From the NCBI GenBank assembly GCA_903830725.1, contig CAIKVH010000101.1:2043-66042 (forward strand): 64,000 nucleotides of DNA, written 5' to 3'. Source of the DNA: an uncultured Burkholderiales bacterium (GTDB taxonomy: Bacteria; Pseudomonadota; Gammaproteobacteria; Burkholderiales; Burkholderiaceae_C). Below the pieces are notes generated by a model. That model saw only the letters and a list, made by a program, of their open reading frames with translations, did no database searches and had not been told where the DNA came from. The translations under genes were made by a program, and so were the position numbers. This document shows positions 60,542 to 64,000 of this stretch, piece by piece. Every line of letters starts with the position of its first letter. Positions within the stretch are counted from its first letter, which is position 1.

Positions 60542-61975
60542 ATGCGCTTTATTAATACTTTTAAATTAACTATTCCCGTTTTAACGATCACCTGCCTCAT
60601 TTCATGTGGCGGGGGCGGGGGTGGGAGCGCGAGTTCAAACCTAAGCGGCACAACACTGGCCACAAAAACGGGCAGTTTTATTGACAGTGCCGTCAGCGGA
60701 ATTGGGTACACAACAGGAACGCAAACCGGAATAACCGACTCAAACGGCAATTATGTTTATGTGCCCGGCGAGACGGTGACGTTTAATATTGGTGCGATTA
60801 CGTTCCCACCCATCGCCGCATTGTCAACGGTCACTCCGTTGAACATGAGCACTGCCGGCTCTCTCAGCGACCCGGTTGTAACCAATGTTGCCTATTTGCT
60901 TCAGTCCCTTGACATGAACAACCACCCTGATGACGGGATTCAAATTGACAGTCGAGTAGCTGCACTCGCAAAGACCAGTATTAACTTTAATCAACCCACG
61001 AGTTCATTTGAATTGGATCCCGCTGTAGTTCAACTCATCACGGCTGTGGACAAAATCAAATCCACACCTTCCAAAATGACGACAAGTACGGCCGCCGCCA
61101 ATTTTGGAAAAACTTTGCTCGGCCTGGTTGATCAAAGTGTTATTCCATCACTGGGTTGCGACACAATCAATACGCAAACCGTTTTGTCTAGGACCAACTA
61201 CTCAACAAACTTTTGGGCGAGTGTGATTGTTAAGCCAACCAATAAAAACGGATTTGTCTACGGCGGTGGTTTCCGCAACATTGGCTCCAACCCAGCAGGC
61301 GCTTTCGCTTGGTATCAACCACTGCCAGGCTCCAACGAAATGAGCATTGCACAAAGCAGTGGTCAGTGGGATCCTGTTTACTCACCCAAATACGATGTTT
61401 GGCTTCAACACTCTCAAAACCCCAATATCGTGATGCGTGTTGCGGTCACCCCCATGTCACATGAAACGGCAACGAGTCCTAAATATGTCGGAACTGCAAT
61501 ATATCTCATGTACGTCGGACCCGTTGGGACCTATCTTGATTTCCAATTCGAAAGCGGAAGCGTACCCGTAGCCTACTTCTCTTACACGGGGACCGATCAG
61601 GCAACTTTTTTCAAAGGCACACCTGGCATGGACGGCCTAATAGGGGACGCCGACGACGGGGTATTCCCCTTGGGAATGGATCAGATATGGTTGCAACATC
61701 AACCTGGACAAGCCAACTTCCCGCCCAACATGCATACTGGCGGTACAACCCCCTACGGGAGAACAATTGGTTCATCTGAGTGTTTACTCACACCGGGGGG
61801 CTCTGTGCAACTATGGGGCTCACCCTCTACGACTGCGGACCTTTTATTCAGTCCTAACAGCAGACAAAATTTCTGGGGATCTGACGCGCCTTTGTATACG
61901 GACGCAAATGGCTACCAAGGCGCTATTGGGCTAAGAGCAGGGGTACAGTTTGTATCCGTCATCAAATCTAATTAA
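60542..61975 (+). CDS. Large secreted lipoprotein (adhesin-like N-terminal beta domain plus unknown C-terminal domain)
   Basis: Lipobox LISC followed by poly-Gly; GSFIDSAVSGIGY...TDSNGNY...GETVTFNIG module; likely start ATG 60542. Confidence 0.75.
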   Translation: MRFINTFKLTIPVLTITCLISCGGGGGGSASSNLSGTTLATKTGSFIDSAVSGIGYTTGTQTGITDSNGNYVYVPGETVTFNIGAITFPPIAALSTVTPLNMSTAGSLSDPVVTNVAYLLQSLDMNNHPDDGIQIDSRVAALAKTSINFNQPTSSFELDPAVVQLITAVDKIKSTPSKMTTSTAAANFGKTLLGLVDQSVIPSLGCDTINTQTVLSRTNYSTNFWASVIVKPTNKNGFVYGGGFRNIGSNPAGAFAWYQPLPGSNEMSIAQSSGQWDPVYSPKYDVWLQHSQNPNIVMRVAVTPMSHETATSPKYVGTAIYLMYVGPVGTYLDFQFESGSVPVAYFSYTGTDQATFFKGTPGMDGLIGDADDGVFPLGMDQIWLQHQPGQANFPPNMHTGGTTPYGRTIGSSECLLTPGGSVQLWGSPSTTADLLFSPNSRQNFWGSDAPLYTDANGYQGAIGLRAGVQFVSVIKSN

Positions 61976-62081
61976 ACAATCTAATTAAACACGTACCGTT
62001 TGGATATGAGGTAACCCAAATGAGGTAAGCTGGTAGAACTTTTTATATTTTTGTGCACCAGTGTACGGTGTAGCCGTTAAA

Positions 62082-62564
62082 TTAATCGCAAGTGCTCTCA
62101 TACCTTTTGTATTCTTTACTAAACCTAATTGCCATACAAGTATCATAATTTCCAGCACTTGCACACGTAAATCTTACTGCCTTGTAGGCAACACATTTCC
62201 CTTTTAACTTCAAATCATCTACAGTTGCATTACAAGTTTCCCTCAAAACTGGCTCCATTTTAGAGAGCGCATCCGCAACCAACTTATCTACCTCTGGCTT
62301 TGTTATCTCAGGCTTAATTCGTTTTAACAAACCAGGCATTCCATTGGTAAATTCACCTTTTGCTTTGTTGATTAATTGACAAGCGGTTATAAAGTCGCCG
62401 TTTTCAAATGCAGAGTTGGCCTTTTCAAATGAGGGCATAACCCCTTTGAGGTCTGCATCAGAGACGTCAACAGTCAATTGCGCGTGACCCGGCTTGATTG
62501 TAAAAAAGAATATAAAAATCAATAAGTATTTGAGTAGAAGATAAGCTGTTACTTTGAACGACAT
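62082..62564 (-). CDS. Secreted hypothetical protein, Cys-containing
   Basis: Signal peptide ending GHA, helical body, six Cys. Confidence 0.7.
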   Translation of the reverse strand: MSFKVTAYLLLKYLLIFIFFFTIKPGHAQLTVDVSDADLKGVMPSFEKANSAFENGDFITACQLINKAKGEFTNGMPGLLKRIKPEITKPEVDKLVADALSKMEPVLRETCNATVDDLKLKGKCVAYKAVRFTCASAGNYDTCMAIRFSKEYKRYESTCD

Positions 62565-62730
62565 ATGGTTTTGAAACTCTTATTTATATAAAAAGTATAA
62601 TTATATCAATCGCCATTTTTACAGCTCAAATTACTAAATTTAAATATAATTTTTTCTAAGCTCTGGGCTTTTAAGGTTAAAACTTATTTTGCCATGAAGA
62701 GGGTTCATATTTCCTTGGGTCAACCAAGAG

Positions 62731-62958
62731 CTAACGGACCTTCTTGTATCCAAGTAACCCTGCCTCATTTAAGCATTTGTTGTAATTGCCGTTTATGTTG
62801 GAGCTATCTTCATAAGTATCGTTTACATAATAACAATACTTAACCTCACCTCTCAGGTTGACCAGAACTGTTTCATGGGTAGCGTACCGACTGTCAGTAC
62901 TGCTAGAGCAACCCAAAAATGAAAGAATTGCCATCACAAGGAATAGTTGTTTAATCAT
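62731..62958 (-). CDS. Small lipoprotein
   Basis: MIKQLFLVMAILSFLGC lipobox; two further Cys; likely start ATG 62958. Confidence 0.65.
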   Translation of the reverse strand: MIKQLFLVMAILSFLGCSSSTDSRYATHETVLVNLRGEVKYCYYVNDTYEDSSNINGNYNKCLNEAGLLGYKKVR

Positions 62959-62980
62959 CGAATCTGCTCTAAATGTTTCC

Positions 62981-63008
62981 ACTTGTAACTTGTAACTTGT
63001 AACTTGTA
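62981..63008. repeat. 7-bp tandem repeat x4 (ACTTGTA)
   Basis: Read directly, between the response regulator and the lipoprotein start. Confidence 0.9.
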
Positions 63009-63039
63009 GCGACCATTTTAAATTCACGCCCAGGGCTAA

Positions 63040-63735
63040 TCAAACAATATTAATCGTTACAAATAACTTGTAACCCAAACGCGTAACGGCCTTTATACCG
63101 GGCTGGCCATTTAAATAGACATCCATCTTACGCCTAACTCTACTAACAACTTGCTCAATTCGAAGCTTATTGGTGCTTTCGGGCAAATCAATGTCGCCAA
63201 AAACCTCAATTAATCTGGACATATTAAGTAAGTCCCCAGACAATGCCAATTCATAGACCAAGTTTGCCTCACTGACAGTTAGTTTGATTGATTTCTCATC
63301 GGGAGAAATAAGCTCTAAGGAGGTCGTTTTTAAAGACCACGATTCCTGGGGCTCTTCTGGTGAAATTCGTCGGCACAACGTTCGTAAAACGGTTGTGAGC
63401 TCCTGAGGGTTTACAGGTTTTGTGAGATAAACATCGGCTCCAGAGTCATATCCCTCGTGCCGATCACTGCTGCGAACTCTGGCTGTCAAAATCACAATAC
63501 CTATTTTTGGGAAAGCCTGTCGCAAGCGACGCGAGATGGAAATACCTTCTTCTATTGGAAGATTCAAATCGAGGACCACAACATCTGGAATAGATACAGC
63601 AAGCTCTTGGTTCATCTCCAAACCGTCGCCCACACCTCTAACGTCAAATCCTGCTACAGCCAATTGGTCTTCCAATGCCTCACGCAAAGCAACATTGTCT
63701 TCGACTAAAAGTACGCCATTACTAATACGTTTCAT
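63040..63735 (-). CDS. OmpR-family response regulator
   Basis: LLVEDN, VVVLDLNLP (phospho-Asp), ILTAR, GADVYLTKP, C-terminal wHTH (VSRVRRK...GYK). Confidence 0.92.
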   Translation of the reverse strand: MKRISNGVLLVEDNVALREALEDQLAVAGFDVRGVGDGLEMNQELAVSIPDVVVLDLNLPIEEGISISRRLRQAFPKIGIVILTARVRSSDRHEGYDSGADVYLTKPVNPQELTTVLRTLCRRISPEEPQESWSLKTTSLELISPDEKSIKLTVSEANLVYELALSGDLLNMSRLIEVFGDIDLPESTNKLRIEQVVSRVRRKMDVYLNGQPGIKAVTRLGYKLFVTINIV

Positions 63736-63881
63736 TGGAATATAGAGGTCATTTGGTATATGGTATTGGTAATAAACCACAATTATGTAAAGAGGCGTGA
63801 TATGTCAGAATTTCTCAGTTTTTAGGAGGTATTTGGGATAAAGTACATCTGCAAAATAGAGCAAAAGCACACTACAGCTAA

Positions 63882-64000
63882 ATGAAAATTCCATCCTCCA
63901 TAAAACACAAACACATAGACCTAGTGAAGGGGTTCGTTCGTGGGTGGTTTTTAGCTATTTTAGCCATAACAGTACTACCAGCTCAAGCAGATCAAATTCT
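63882..64000 (+). CDS. N-terminus of a secreted/membrane protein, probably the cognate sensor kinase (partial)
   Basis: ATG 63882 is open to the edge: MKIPSSIKHKHIDLVKGFVRGWFLAILAITVLPAQADQI; signal peptide; divergent from the response regulator. Confidence 0.45.
   Translation, partial: MKIPSSIKHKHIDLVKGFVRGWFLAILAITVLPAQADQI

Overview
The window looks like chromosome of a betaproteobacterium (Burkholderiales, Comamonadaceae-like; inferred from the ileS-ribF, purN/RsmB-family/desA, rpmB-rpmG, trxB-ftsK-lolA-rarA gene set and protein style). It has three parts. (1) An accessory region at about 1-21.4 kb, AT-richer by eye. It holds an LRR-like gene running off the left edge (absent from the ORF track), a tandem-AAA+ ATPase, a BrxR-like WYL regulator with a palindromic candidate operator, an orphan, and a TM0106-type Cas4-like nuclease/RNase-H-like/SF1 helicase fusion (candidate defence module). 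Next come secreted LprI-like and immunity-like proteins, MarC, a Crp/Fnr regulator, a ferredoxin-like-domain/helical-repeat protein, and a tightly coupled envelope operon (TM coiled-coil, vWA-like, Sel1, YcfL, LpoB, CsgG/LpoB-like) ending in a second WYL regulator. (2) Core genes at about 21.5-60.3 kb: TctC, class II aldolase, recCBD, DMT, qor, lspA-ileS-ribF, HNH, purN, RsmB-family, desA, rpmB-rpmG, trxB, ftsK-lolA-rarA, livHMGF, dnaB, a ferredoxin reductase, an SDR and an old yellow enzyme. This block is interrupted by a 912-bp non-autonomous ISL3-type element (24-bp TIRs, perfect 8-bp target duplication) that carries a frameshifted DUF4160-DUF2442-like TA pair and sits 11 bp upstream of purN, and by a decayed yafQ-like remnant. 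(3) A second accessory stretch at 60.4-64 kb with secreted lipoproteins, an OmpR-type regulator and the start of a probable sensor. Short tandem duplications (6-17 bp units) recur across the window, often at stop codons, and lengthen RecC and DnaB. No tRNA, rRNA, CRISPR array or integrase was recognised. All family assignments come from motif recognition, not database searches.
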